A DNA stretch of 64,000 nt from Paludibacteraceae bacterium (GCA_017444615.1 JAFSWF010000028.1:634-64633), one strand, 5' to 3'. Counted from the first letter of the stretch, positions 1 to 8,445 are shown. Translations and numbers: made by a program. The notes: generated by a model not told the origin, from the letters alone.

Positions 1-854
1 TTATTGATGACAGGGAAGTGAGCAAAGCTCTATTGGATACGGTGGCCGCGTGGGGCAAAGCGCGAGGAATGAAAGAGTTGAACGGACCGGTGGGCTTCAC
101 TGATTTTGACCATGAGGGCTTATTGCTGGAGGGGTATGAATACTTGGCACCGGTGGCTTCGTTGTATAATTATCCGTATTACGTCCAACACGTAGATGCG
201 TACGGGTTGAAGAAAGAAGCTGACTGGATTGAGATGCAGATCTTGCCACCGCTGGATTGGACCGAACGACAGGAACGGCTTTGTCAAGTGATCATGCAGC
301 GCGCAAAGGTGCATGTAGTGAAGGTGAAAAACTCCCGCGAACTGGTCAAACGTTTCGGCACTACCTACATGGACATCATCGACCAAGCGTACCAAAAACT
401 CTATAATTTCCAACCCATGACCGAGCGGCAGAAGAACTATTACAAGGACATGTATTTCCCTGTATTGAACTTCGATTTTGTGACGCTTCTTGCGAATGAG
501 AACGAAGAGTTGGTTGGCGTAGGTCTCGGTATGCCGGATATCTCCAAAGCGCTACGCAAGTGCGGTGGGCATCTCTTCCCATTTGGCTGGTATCACATCC
601 TCAAAGCACTCAAAGCCAAACCGATGGAGGCCTTTAATTTCCTGCTGATTGCGGTTAGACCAGATTATGAAGGAAAAGGACTAAGCCAACTATGCCTGCG
701 CGACCAGATACCTTATATCAACGATTATAAGATCCAACGCATGGAGACAACTTCTATGTTGGAGACGAACCGCAACATCATCGGTTTCTTTGAACCCATG
801 CCGCATAAGCAACATAAGCGTCGCCGCGCGTATATCAAGCCCATTGACGAGTGA
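1..854 (+). CDS. GNAT-like acyltransferase family protein (5' end outside window)
   Basis: Frame is open from the window edge (ORF track 18..854). LNGPVGFTDFDHEGLLLEGYEYL and LLIAVRPDYEGKGL resemble Bacteroidota GNAT-type proteins from memory. Stop overlaps the next start (GTGA). Confidence 0.5.
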   Translation, partial: IDDREVSKALLDTVAAWGKARGMKELNGPVGFTDFDHEGLLLEGYEYLAPVASLYNYPYYVQHVDAYGLKKEADWIEMQILPPLDWTERQERLCQVIMQRAKVHVVKVKNSRELVKRFGTTYMDIIDQAYQKLYNFQPMTERQKNYYKDMYFPVLNFDFVTLLANENEELVGVGLGMPDISKALRKCGGHLFPFGWYHILKALKAKPMEAFNFLLIAVRPDYEGKGLSQLCLRDQIPYINDYKIQRMETTSMLETNRNIIGFFEPMPHKQHKRRRAYIKPIDE

Positions 855-1312
855 AACGTGCGGCTTTAAATAGTGCCTTGGAGCGCCTCAATAGGTACGT
901 GTTAGCCAATAACAAACGGCCTTCGAAAGTGCGGAACATAGTGTTAGAACAAGCCTTCTTGCTACCACAACCTTTCGTCGCTGACCAATTGGTAGAGGCA
1001 TGCCAAGCCCAACGAATTTCTGTAGGAACAGTGTATAACTCGCTGGAGATCTTCGTTTCGGCACGAATTTTGCATAGTATTACTCGGCAGCGTGGACAAA
1101 ACGCCACTTATTATGAATGGATAGTGGGAGAACAGACACGATTGCAAGTAGTGTGCGAGAAGTGTGGACGCGTATCGGATTTTCATGATAAGGCCATCGA
1201 GCGACTGATACAAGAGAGACGGTATTCGAACTTTAACATGCATCATTTTTCGCTTTACGTCTACGGAGAATGTAAATTGTGCAAAAAGACTAAAAAACTG
1301 AAAGAGAGTTAA
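851..1312 (+). CDS. Fur family transcriptional regulator
   Basis: 153 aa with a winged-helix-like N-terminus and paired CxxC motifs (CEKCGRV ... GECKLCKK) typical of Fur/Zur/PerR. GTG start overlaps the upstream stop. Confidence 0.7.
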   Translation: MKRAALNSALERLNRYVLANNKRPSKVRNIVLEQAFLLPQPFVADQLVEACQAQRISVGTVYNSLEIFVSARILHSITRQRGQNATYYEWIVGEQTRLQVVCEKCGRVSDFHDKAIERLIQERRYSNFNMHHFSLYVYGECKLCKKTKKLKES

Positions 1313-1314
1313 TT

Positions 1315-2022
1315 ATGGAACAAACAGCTATATCACCAACCGCCATTTATTGGATTATTTTTATTGGCATTGCCATCGCCAGTTGGGTAGTATCTTACTC
1401 GCTGAAACATAAGTTCGATAAGTACTCCAAAGAACCGCTTCCGATGACCGGTCGTGAAGTGGCGGAACGCATGCTGCGCGATAATGGTATCACGGATGTG
1501 AAGGTAACATGCGTCAAAGGTCAGTTGACCGACCACTATAACCCCGCCACCAAAACTGTCAATTTGTCAGAGTCGGTGTACAGTAAGGCGAATGTGGCTG
1601 CCGCCGCGGTGGCTGCGCACGAATGTGGTCACGCAGTGCAACATGCTAATGCCTATGCGCCTTTGAAGTTGCGCTCCGCCTTAGTTCCCGTGGTTTCGTT
1701 TAGCAGTAATTGGGTAATGTGGATTATTTTAGCCGGTATGTTGCTCATCGGTTCGCAGGCAGGAAGGGTTATCCTACTTGTAGGAATAGGATTGTATGCC
1801 ATGCTAACCCTGTTCAGCTTCATTACCTTACCGGTAGAAGTGAATGCCAGCCGCCGTGCGGTTAACTGGTTGCAAGAAGCCGGTATCACCGACCGCCAAA
1901 CGACCGAAATGGCAAGCGACGCACTCAAAAGTGCCGCCTATACATACGTAGTAGCAGCCCTCGGCTCACTTGCCACACTGCTGTATTATATTATGATTTA
2001 TTTAGGAAGTAGTAGAAGATAG
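1315..2022 (+). CDS. membrane zinc metallopeptidase (Zn_peptidase_2-like)
   Basis: HECGHAVQH zinc-binding motif flanked by N- and C-terminal hydrophobic helices; 235 aa. Confidence 0.8.
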   Translation: MEQTAISPTAIYWIIFIGIAIASWVVSYSLKHKFDKYSKEPLPMTGREVAERMLRDNGITDVKVTCVKGQLTDHYNPATKTVNLSESVYSKANVAAAAVAAHECGHAVQHANAYAPLKLRSALVPVVSFSSNWVMWIILAGMLLIGSQAGRVILLVGIGLYAMLTLFSFITLPVEVNASRRAVNWLQEAGITDRQTTEMASDALKSAAYTYVVAALGSLATLLYYIMIYLGSSRR

Positions 2023-2042
2023 CCCTCCTAACTAAAAGCTTC

Positions 2043-2064
2043 TCCTCCCGTTCCATCGGGAGGA
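2043..2064. repeat. GC-rich hairpin (TCCTCCCG-TTCCAT-CGGGAGGA), intergenic
   Basis: Perfect 8-bp stem 7 nt before tRNA-Arg with no T tract. Arms are of the same type as the intragenic hairpin family. Confidence 0.7.
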
Positions 2065-2071
2065 CGCTCAG

Positions 2072-2145
2072 GGTCCCGTAGCTCAATTGAATAGAGTGTC
2101 AGATTCCGGTTCTGAAGGTTCTGGGTTTGAGCCCCAGCGGGGTCA
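2072..2145 (+). tRNA. tRNA-Arg (anticodon CCG), no encoded CCA
   Basis: Hand-folded cloverleaf: acceptor GGTCCCG/CGGGGTC (two G:U pairs), D arm GCTC-AATTGAATA-GAGT, anticodon arm TCAGA-TTCCGGT-TCTGA, variable AGGTT, T arm CTGGG-TTTGAGC-CCCAG. Non-canonical D and T loops, see findings. Confidence 0.8.
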
Positions 2146-2200
2146 CAAGAAGCTCGCGGCAAAGACGCAAATTAGCATCTTTGACCAGCGGGATCACAAG

Positions 2201-2224
2201 AAAGCCACCTTAGAGGGTGGCTTT
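2201..2224. terminator. bidirectional hairpin terminator between tRNA-Arg and the convergent EEP gene
   Basis: AAAGCCACC-loop-GGTGGCTTT with flanking A- and T-rich runs. Overlaps the stop codon region of the minus-strand gene. Confidence 0.55.
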
Positions 2225-3490
2225 CTTTAATCTCACATCCACGATAATCGGATCGTGGTCGGAGTAACGGTGATAGGTCTTATCGCGCATCTTAGACGCC
2301 TCATGCGAGTAATACCAATCGGCATTGATGTGCCATGGCATCACGCGAACGATCTGTGTTTGCATCGTTGGGTTGGCGAAACAACGGTCTAAATACCCTA
2401 CCTCGCCATGATAACTATACGAATAATCGTCGGCACAATAGACTTGTAACATATCCGCATAACCTGCGCGCACGATCGTTTGAATAGGTTGTTCCTGCGT
2501 ATAACAGTTATAATCGCCCAGCAGTAACACATCCTCATCTCCATAAACCGCCAGGGCTTTCGGTAGCATCACTAACAGCGAATCGGTATTTTGCATGCGC
2601 TGCGTGTTGGTATCCACTTTCCCTTTGCGTTTAGACTTAAGGTGGTTCAGACTAATCACGAAACGCTCACCGGTGGCTATCTCTTCGAAACATTGCGTCA
2701 CCATACGTACATGATAGTGACTGGTGGTGTCTTGATACGCCGAGAACCACGGTCCTACAGGACGAATGCGATCCTTGCGATAGATGAAACAACCGCTGAT
2801 ACGGTCTTGGTTGGACCAGCCCATATCCACATACGCGTACTTGTCGCCGTGCTTATTGAGTTCCTCCAACAACATTTTCGGCGCTTTATCACCCTTCTGC
2901 ATCTCACACATAGCAAACAGATCCGCCTTCATTCGTTGCAGTCCTTTAGCCAATTTACGAGTTTGCAAAGCCTGCTGAGCGGGGGTAGTCTTACGATGGG
3001 CATAACCACCCAAAACTGCAAAATAATTCTCTATGTTTGCACCTACGATGCGCATTTCACCTTTATTCTTTTTCGGCAAACGAGACTTCGCTGCGTGGCG
3101 AGTCTTAACGGATTGACCGGTCACTAACTGCCGTTCAGCCGTCACACGTGCTTTCAAACCACGAACCTTATCGCCCGTACGCACAGAGTAGTAGTTATTA
3201 CGGCAATGCACACAAATACTGGAGCGGTAGTTATGTGCCGCCAACTCATAATAACGCGTACTGTCACCATCGGCCAAGCCTACCGCCCTCTCCTCCGGGC
3301 ACACCAAGCGTTCCGGCGCCAAGACAAGCGAGTCGTAGAAATTTCCGCATACCACTAAAGGCGTACTAATAACGACTGTTTGGTTAACATACTTAGTCCA
3401 ATCGGACTGGAGCTGCTCTAACGAAACACGCTCTGCCGCGGAAACGGAGAGCGCGTAAAGGAGCACTAATAGAAATGTGTGTCTTTTCAT
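2210..3490 (-). CDS. secreted endonuclease/exonuclease/phosphatase (EEP) family protein
   Basis: Start set at ATG 3490 (signal peptide MKRHTFLLVLLYALSVSA), because the longer ORF to 3520 runs into the tRNA-fMet gene. C-terminal YSDHDPIIVDVRL is the EEP catalytic signature. Confidence 0.8.
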   Translation of the reverse strand: MKRHTFLLVLLYALSVSAAERVSLEQLQSDWTKYVNQTVVISTPLVVCGNFYDSLVLAPERLVCPEERAVGLADGDSTRYYELAAHNYRSSICVHCRNNYYSVRTGDKVRGLKARVTAERQLVTGQSVKTRHAAKSRLPKKNKGEMRIVGANIENYFAVLGGYAHRKTTPAQQALQTRKLAKGLQRMKADLFAMCEMQKGDKAPKMLLEELNKHGDKYAYVDMGWSNQDRISGCFIYRKDRIRPVGPWFSAYQDTTSHYHVRMVTQCFEEIATGERFVISLNHLKSKRKGKVDTNTQRMQNTDSLLVMLPKALAVYGDEDVLLLGDYNCYTQEQPIQTIVRAGYADMLQVYCADDYSYSYHGEVGYLDRCFANPTMQTQIVRVMPWHINADWYYSHEASKMRDKTYHRYSDHDPIIVDVRLKKATL

Positions 3491-3496
3491 AGATTG

Positions 3497-3568
<72 letters not shown>

Positions 3569-3598
3569 CTGCAGCCTCCATTTTCACGAAAGCGGGTG

Positions 3599-3630
3599 CA
3601 AAGGTACTGCTTTTTTCTGACATATGCAAA
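3599..3630 (-). promoter_or_regulatory. Bacteroidota sigma-A promoter for tRNA-fMet
   Basis: On the minus strand, TTTG (3627-3630), a 20-nt spacer, then TACCTTTG (3599-3606). Lies about 30 nt upstream of the tRNA 5' end. Confidence 0.7.
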
Positions 3631-3645
3631 TTTTTTGTACTTTTT

Positions 3646-3677
3646 TTTGCATATATGCGTTTTTTTTTGTAATTTTG
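3646..3677 (+). promoter_or_regulatory. Bacteroidota sigma-A promoter (divergent partner) for the 3698 operon
   Basis: TTTG (3646-3649), N20, TAATTTTG (3670-3677); ATG at 3698. Confidence 0.7.
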
Positions 3678-3697
3678 CACCCTAAAATTGGTATATT

Positions 3698-4189
3698 ATG
3701 GCTAAATACATTGTAATGGCAGAAGAAGGCGAGCTGAGCTTGCTGGACAAAGCGCGTGAAGAATTAGGACTGGTTTTGGAGGGGGCTACGCTCATATACA
3801 CGGGCGTAGGTGCGATCAATGTTATAAGGAGTCTGCAACACATCGACCGTGAGGCAGAGATCTATAACATCGGCTATGCCGGAAGTGCGAACTTCGATAT
3901 CGGTACGTGGGCACAAGTGACAGAAGTGCGACTCAACCACCCCAATGTCACCTATAACGAACCAAAGCTCGAAATTCACGATTCACCATTCACCATTCAA
4001 AATTGCCGAAAGGCTATTTGTTATACGAACACCGATTTTGTACTCGCTTCCGACTACAAAGACTGCGTGTTTGACATGGAATTGGCGTTCATCGCGGCAT
4101 TGGGCTTCAAGAACCTCCATAGCTTCAAGTATGTGAGCGACAACTTATCGCTTCACTCCTACCATGACCTCACCCACGGCGTAGAATAA
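3698..4189 (+). CDS. nucleoside phosphorylase/nucleosidase-like (PNP_UDP_1 fold) protein
   Basis: 163 aa. GVGAIN, GYAGS and DMELAFIA resemble MTA/SAH-nucleosidase family blocks. Carries an in-frame heptamer array (HDSPFTIQN). Confidence 0.5.
   Translation: MAKYIVMAEEGELSLLDKAREELGLVLEGATLIYTGVGAINVIRSLQHIDREAEIYNIGYAGSANFDIGTWAQVTEVRLNHPNVTYNEPKLEIHDSPFTIQNCRKAICYTNTDFVLASDYKDCVFDMELAFIAALGFKNLHSFKYVSDNLSLHSYHDLTHGVE
3973..4007. repeat. 7-nt-period array (AATTCAC GATTCAC CATTCAC CATTCAA AATTGCC), in frame in CDS
   Basis: Read directly from the sequence; encodes EIHDSPFTIQNC. Confidence 0.8.
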
Positions 4190-4231
4190 ATGCCCAAATG
4201 GTAAATGGTAAATGACCAAATGGTAAATAGC
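4184..4231. repeat. AAATGGT/AAATGAC array filling the stop-to-start spacer
   Basis: GAATAAATGCCCAAATGGTAAATGGTAAATGACCAAATGGTAAATAGC. Contains the TAA stop of the upstream gene and ends at the rlmI ATG. Confidence 0.85.
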
Positions 4232-5479
4232 ATGACTACTGTCATTTTAAAGCCGCATAAAGACGAATCGCTGAAGCGTTTTCACCCTTGGGTGTTCAGC
4301 GGTGCCATTGCACGCATCGTTTTAGACGCTGCGCATAGCGAACCAGCCCCTGTCGAAGGCGAACTGGTGGCGGTACATTCAGCTACTAATGAGTTGTTAG
4401 GCGTCGGGCATTGGCAAATAGGCTCCATCGCCGTGCGAATCTTAGCCTTCGGCGTAGATTCCTTACCCTCCGATTTTTGGACGGAACGCATCCGCGCTGC
4501 CTATAAAGTGCGCGAAGCATTAGGCTTGATTAGACCGGATAATAATACCTTCCGCCTCGTCCATGGCGAAGGAGATTTTCTGCCCGGACTGATAGTGGAT
4601 ATCTACGCCGAAACGGCGGTTATTCAGGCGCACTCAGTAGGCATGCATCTTCACCGCCAAGAGATAGCACAAGCCATCCTATCGGCGGTGCCACAGGTAA
4701 AGAATGTCTATTATAAATCCGACGACACCCTACCCTTCAAAGCGCCCATCGAAGGCGATAAAACCGGTTGGCTAATAACTAACAGCCAACAGCCAATGGC
4801 CAATGAGTTCTGGTCCATGGAGAACGGTCTCTCGTTCCGCATCGACTGGCTTCGAGGACAAAAGACCGGTTTCTTCATCGACCAGCGGGAGAACCGCGCA
4901 TTAGTCGAACGCTATGCGGCAGGCAAGGATGTGCTGAATATGTTCTGTTACACCGGCGGATTCTCGTTGTACGCCCTCCGTGGCGGTGCCAAGACAGTAG
5001 ATTCGGTCGATGTCAGCCAAAAAGCCATTGAAATAGTAAAAGCGAATGTACAAAGAAACTTCCCCCGTCAGTCCAACCATCGAGCCATAACGGCGGACGC
5101 CTTTGACTTCCTCAATGAGCGAATAAATGCCCAAATGGCAAATGACCAAATGGTAAATGGTAAATGGTATGACCTCATCATCCTTGACCCGCCTGCCTTC
5201 GCCAAACACCGCGACGCTATCAAGAATGCCCTTCGTGGCTACCAACGCATCAATGCCAAAGCCATTGAGATGATCAGACCCGGAGGCATCCTCTTCACTT
5301 TCTCTTGCTCGCAAGCAGTGGACAAAGAGGCATTCCGTCTGGCCGTCTTTAGTGCCGCCGCACAAGTGGGACGCAAAGTGCGCATCCTCCATCAGCTCCA
5401 CCAACCCCAAGACCACCCCATCAACATCTACCACCCCGAAGGGGAATACCTGAAGGGGCTGGTTCTCTTCGTAGAATAA
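4232..5479 (+). CDS. rlmI: 23S rRNA m5C methyltransferase RlmI-like (PUA + class I SAM MTase)
   Basis: RFHPWVFSGAI N-terminus, GFFIDQRENR, NMFCYTGGFS, ILDPPAF. Start set at ATG 4232 because the upstream MVNDQMVNS is translated repeat DNA (alternative 4205). Two in-frame arrays lie inside. Confidence 0.8.
   Translation: MTTVILKPHKDESLKRFHPWVFSGAIARIVLDAAHSEPAPVEGELVAVHSATNELLGVGHWQIGSIAVRILAFGVDSLPSDFWTERIRAAYKVREALGLIRPDNNTFRLVHGEGDFLPGLIVDIYAETAVIQAHSVGMHLHRQEIAQAILSAVPQVKNVYYKSDDTLPFKAPIEGDKTGWLITNSQQPMANEFWSMENGLSFRIDWLRGQKTGFFIDQRENRALVERYAAGKDVLNMFCYTGGFSLYALRGGAKTVDSVDVSQKAIEIVKANVQRNFPRQSNHRAITADAFDFLNERINAQMANDQMVNGKWYDLIILDPPAFAKHRDAIKNALRGYQRINAKAIEMIRPGGILFTFSCSQAVDKEAFRLAVFSAAAQVGRKVRILHQLHQPQDHPINIYHPEGEYLKGLVLFVE
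4773..4807. repeat. 7-nt-period array (TAACAGC CAACAGC CAATGGC CAATGAG), in frame in rlmI
   Basis: Encodes ITNSQQPMANE. Same unit family as 52537-52571 in the opposite orientation. Confidence 0.8.
5121..5167. repeat. AAATGGY/AAATGAC array, in frame in rlmI
   Basis: GAATAAATGCCCAAATGGCAAATGACCAAATGGTAAATGGTAAATGG. Near-copy of 4184-4231. Encodes RINAQMANDQMVNGKW just before the ILDPP motif. Confidence 0.85.
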
Positions 5480-5482
5480 CAG

Positions 5483-5522
5483 CTTAACGGCTTAACAATT
5501 TAACAATTTAACCATTTAACGT
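5483..5522. repeat. 8-nt-period array (CTTAACGG CTTAACAA TTTAACAA TTTAACCA TTTAACGT) in spacer
   Basis: Occupies most of the rlmI-to-exonuclease spacer. Confidence 0.8.
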
Positions 5523-5528
5523 TCATTC

Positions 5529-6416
5529 ATGAACCTCGTAGCATTTGACACCGAGACAACCGGATTAGACGTGCAGAAAGAGCACATCATCCAACTCTCT
5601 CTCATTAAGTTTGACACCGACACATGGGAAATCATCGGTCTGCGGGACTGGTATATTCTGCCAGACGTGCCCTTTACTATCCCTGCCGAAGCCGAAGCGG
5701 TGCATCATATCTCCAAAGCGTTCTTGCTCGAGCATGGCGTTAGTCTCAAGAGTATCTACAATGACTTCATCGCCTTTACCGCCGGCTGTGATTTTCTCAC
5801 CTATAACGGAAACGGCTACGACGCTCCTATCTTGCACTACAACCTCGTGCGGGCAGGATTGGATTTTGATTTCAACAACCGCACATGGTACGATGCTTTG
5901 TTGTTGGAACGCATCCATTCAGAAGGTCAAACAGACGAGAACGGTGAACGCTTGCATAATAACCTCACCGCCGCTTATACACGTTATTATGGTCATCCGT
6001 TCGAAGGAGCCCATAACTCCTTGGACGATGTGCGCGCCACCATCGAAGTATTCAAAGCACAAGTAGCGGCGCACGGATGGGCATGGGCGCAACGAGAAGA
6101 GTTTAATTTCATTTGCTATGACCGTTGGCTCACCAAAAAAGGCGGCTACTACTACCTCAACCAAGGTGCCCACAAAAACGAAAGCATCGAATCCATGCTG
6201 CGCATTGATAAGAGTTACCTCACATGGATTGTGGATAAATGCCAATGGACCGATGACCAAACACGTGCTATCATCGAACCCTATCTCGGACGCCACCCCA
6301 CAGACCAAGGCCAAAGCCAATGCCAACGCCGCCCCAAAGCCAAAACTCTTCCCTCTTCGCGTGGCAAAAAACGCAGCAAAGGAACTATCTCTGACGCCGA
6401 TTTGAGTTTATTCTAA
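5529..6416 (+). CDS. DEDDh 3'-5' exonuclease domain protein with C-terminal extension
   Basis: DTETTGL, YNGNGYDAPIL and HNSLDDVRAT exonuclease motifs. The basic tail is partly encoded by a 6-nt-period repeat. TAATG overlap with the next gene. Confidence 0.8.
   Translation: MNLVAFDTETTGLDVQKEHIIQLSLIKFDTDTWEIIGLRDWYILPDVPFTIPAEAEAVHHISKAFLLEHGVSLKSIYNDFIAFTAGCDFLTYNGNGYDAPILHYNLVRAGLDFDFNNRTWYDALLLERIHSEGQTDENGERLHNNLTAAYTRYYGHPFEGAHNSLDDVRATIEVFKAQVAAHGWAWAQREEFNFICYDRWLTKKGGYYYLNQGAHKNESIESMLRIDKSYLTWIVDKCQWTDDQTRAIIEPYLGRHPTDQGQSQCQRRPKAKTLPSSRGKKRSKGTISDADLSLF
6303..6346. repeat. 6-nt-period GCCAAN array in the exonuclease C-terminal tail
   Basis: GACCAAGGCCAAAGCCAATGCCAACGCCGCCCCAAAGCCAAAAC. 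Reverse-complement type of 10104-10136. Confidence 0.7.
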
Positions 6417-8113
6417 TGAAACGATTAGTAACCATCATAGGGCTGTTCATACTAACCCACTCCCTCTGTGCTGCGGAACGCCTCAGCGGCACAGCCCTCA
6501 GCGGGGAAGGATGGCGAGGCGTGGACCTTGGCCAACCGTACGTTATTACGCAAGTAGGATGGCAACCCACCAGTACCACAACGGCTGAATTGGGACTGTT
6601 TGAAGGCGCTAATCGTTCGGATTTTATGGATGCCATCCCCTTGTATATGCACCCGGGGGCGTCCAAGACCAATCAGATGAACTACGCCGAAGTGAACTGT
6701 TCACGAGGTTTCCGATACGTGCGTTACCGCAAATCCGACCTAAAAGGAGAGTATAAGATTGCCGCCTTGGAGTTTTATGGCACTCAGGGAGCGGGAGACG
6801 ACAGCCATCTAAGCCAATTGACGAACCTGCCGACGGTCGTTATTCACACACAAAACGACGAAGTGCCATACGACAAAGAGCATGAGATAACTTGTCTCGT
6901 GACGATTATATCCGATAACGGGGCCTCCGTTCTAACCGACACCGCCTTGATTCGGGAACGAGGCAATTACTCCCGTGGTTTCCCTAAAAAACCGTATCGA
7001 ATCAAGTTTGCCCACAAGCATCATATTCTGGGTTCGCCCGCAAACGCCAAGAAATGGACGTTAATCAATAACTACGGCGATAAAACACTGATGCGCAATC
7101 AGTTAGCTTTCGAACTAAGTCGCCGTTTCGGCATGCCCTACACCCCTTTCTGCGCCTATGTGGATGTGATTCTAAACGGCGATTATAAGGGTTGTTACCA
7201 ACTCTGCGACCAGATAGAGGTGCGTAAGAACCGCGTGGAAGTGACAGAGATGAGTCCGACCGATAATAGCGGAGACGCCTTGACCGGCGGCTATTTGATA
7301 GAAGCGGATGCCTACGCCTATGACGAAACATCCATGTTCTGGTCCTCGCAAGGAACGGGCGTCACCATCAAATCGCCTAAGGCGGATTCCATCACCTGGC
7401 AACAAGCATCATATATAGAGCAACGCTACGACGCCATGGAGGCGAATTGGCAGAAGTACCTCGACTTGAACACCTTCCTAAGGCATTTTCTGGTGGGCGA
7501 ATTATCCGGTAATACCGACACCTATTGGAGTATGTACCTCTATAAACAACGGTCGAACGACACCCTTTTTGTCGGACCCGTATGGGATTTTGACTTAGCC
7601 TTTGAGAATGATAATCGCACCTATCCGATCAATGATCTGAGCGATTACATCTACCGAACGAAAGGCAGTACCACCGGTTATCTCAAGACCCTGGTGGATA
7701 AGATTGTGGTGTATAACTCCAACGCCAAAAAGCAGTTACGAACACTCTGGGCACAGACGCGGCAGGCAGGCATGACCACGGAGAGTTTATTGCGCTATGT
7801 GGACGAACAAGCCCAACTGTTGGAGCAGTCGCAGCAACTTAATTTTACCCGCTGGCCAATCATGCAAGAATATGTCCACCAAAACCCGCGCATCTGGGGC
7901 TCCTATGACGCCGAAGTGAATAACGTACGACACTTCCTCCAGCAACGCATTGAGTGGATGGACACCAAACTGCAGTTCGACACCGCGACCTTATCAGTGG
8001 AGCCGGTGGAGACGCAGCCTATGCCGCAAGCCACCAAAATAGTGCGTGACGGACAACTCCTGATTATACGCAATAATCAGGTCTATACACCTACCGGAAA
8101 CCGCCTTCAGTAG
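6416..8113 (+). CDS. secreted CotH kinase family protein
   Basis: Signal peptide, discoidin-like N-terminal segment, and CotH core blocks KKPYRIKF, NNYGDKTLMRN, YKGCYQLCDQIEV. Confidence 0.8.
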   Translation: MKRLVTIIGLFILTHSLCAAERLSGTALSGEGWRGVDLGQPYVITQVGWQPTSTTTAELGLFEGANRSDFMDAIPLYMHPGASKTNQMNYAEVNCSRGFRYVRYRKSDLKGEYKIAALEFYGTQGAGDDSHLSQLTNLPTVVIHTQNDEVPYDKEHEITCLVTIISDNGASVLTDTALIRERGNYSRGFPKKPYRIKFAHKHHILGSPANAKKWTLINNYGDKTLMRNQLAFELSRRFGMPYTPFCAYVDVILNGDYKGCYQLCDQIEVRKNRVEVTEMSPTDNSGDALTGGYLIEADAYAYDETSMFWSSQGTGVTIKSPKADSITWQQASYIEQRYDAMEANWQKYLDLNTFLRHFLVGELSGNTDTYWSMYLYKQRSNDTLFVGPVWDFDLAFENDNRTYPINDLSDYIYRTKGSTTGYLKTLVDKIVVYNSNAKKQLRTLWAQTRQAGMTTESLLRYVDEQAQLLEQSQQLNFTRWPIMQEYVHQNPRIWGSYDAEVNNVRHFLQQRIEWMDTKLQFDTATLSVEPVETQPMPQATKIVRDGQLLIIRNNQVYTPTGNRLQ

Positions 8114-8172
8114 GCCTTTTAGGCGCTCTACAAGGCAAAAAAGATGTTTTTTTGCACTTTTTTGCAGAAATA

Positions 8173-8204
8173 TTTGGTCAATTCAAATTTTTGTTGTACC
8201 TTTG
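8173..8204 (+). promoter_or_regulatory. Bacteroidota sigma-A promoter upstream of the tRNA-Cys leader
   Basis: TTTG (8173-8176), N20, TACCTTTG (8197-8204). Confidence 0.7.
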
Positions 8205-8335
8205 CACCCGCTTTCTGAAAATTAGAAGAATCGGGGTCCCCGAAAATTTTAATTTTTGGGGAGAGCGGAGGCATAGGTTGCCCGTCCATTTAGCGAAGCG
8301 GTATGGACAAACGCACACCTATTGCCGAACGCGCC

Positions 8336-8407
8336 GGCCGGTTGGATGAGCGACTTAGTCAGCGGTCTGCAAAACCGTTCAGAGCGGTTTGACTCCGCTA
8401 CCGGCCT
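8336..8407 (+). tRNA. tRNA-Cys (anticodon GCA), no encoded CCA
   Basis: Acceptor GGCCGGT/ACCGGCC (perfect), anticodon arm GCGGT-CTGCAAA-ACCGT, 4-nt variable loop TCAG (G48 with G15, as in E. coli tRNA-Cys), T arm AGCGG-TTTGACT-CCGCT. D loop AGCGACTT lacks GG. Confidence 0.75.
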
Positions 8408-8410
8408 CAA

Positions 8411-8445
8411 AGAGCCGCCCGACCAAAAGGGTGGCTCTTTATTTA
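8411..8445 (+). terminator. rho-independent terminator after tRNA-Cys
   Basis: AGAGCCGCCC-GACCAAAA-GGGTGGCTCT (10-bp stem with one G:U) followed by TTATTTA. Confidence 0.7.

Noticed and set aside
2134-2204. tRNA-Arg flank as a currently integrated genomic island
   Set aside because: Only about 32 nt separate the direct repeats, and there is no integrase or foreign-looking gene on either side. At most it is a scar.
8205-8335. Leader before tRNA-Cys as a second tRNA, SRP RNA, RNase P RNA, tmRNA or known riboswitch
   Set aside because: It has no T-loop/acceptor geometry. It also lacks the conserved SRP (GGAAGCAGCC-type), RNase P (GAGGAAAGTCC) and tmRNA tag/tRNA-like signatures. I could not match it to any riboswitch consensus from memory. 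It is reported only as an unexplained structured leader.
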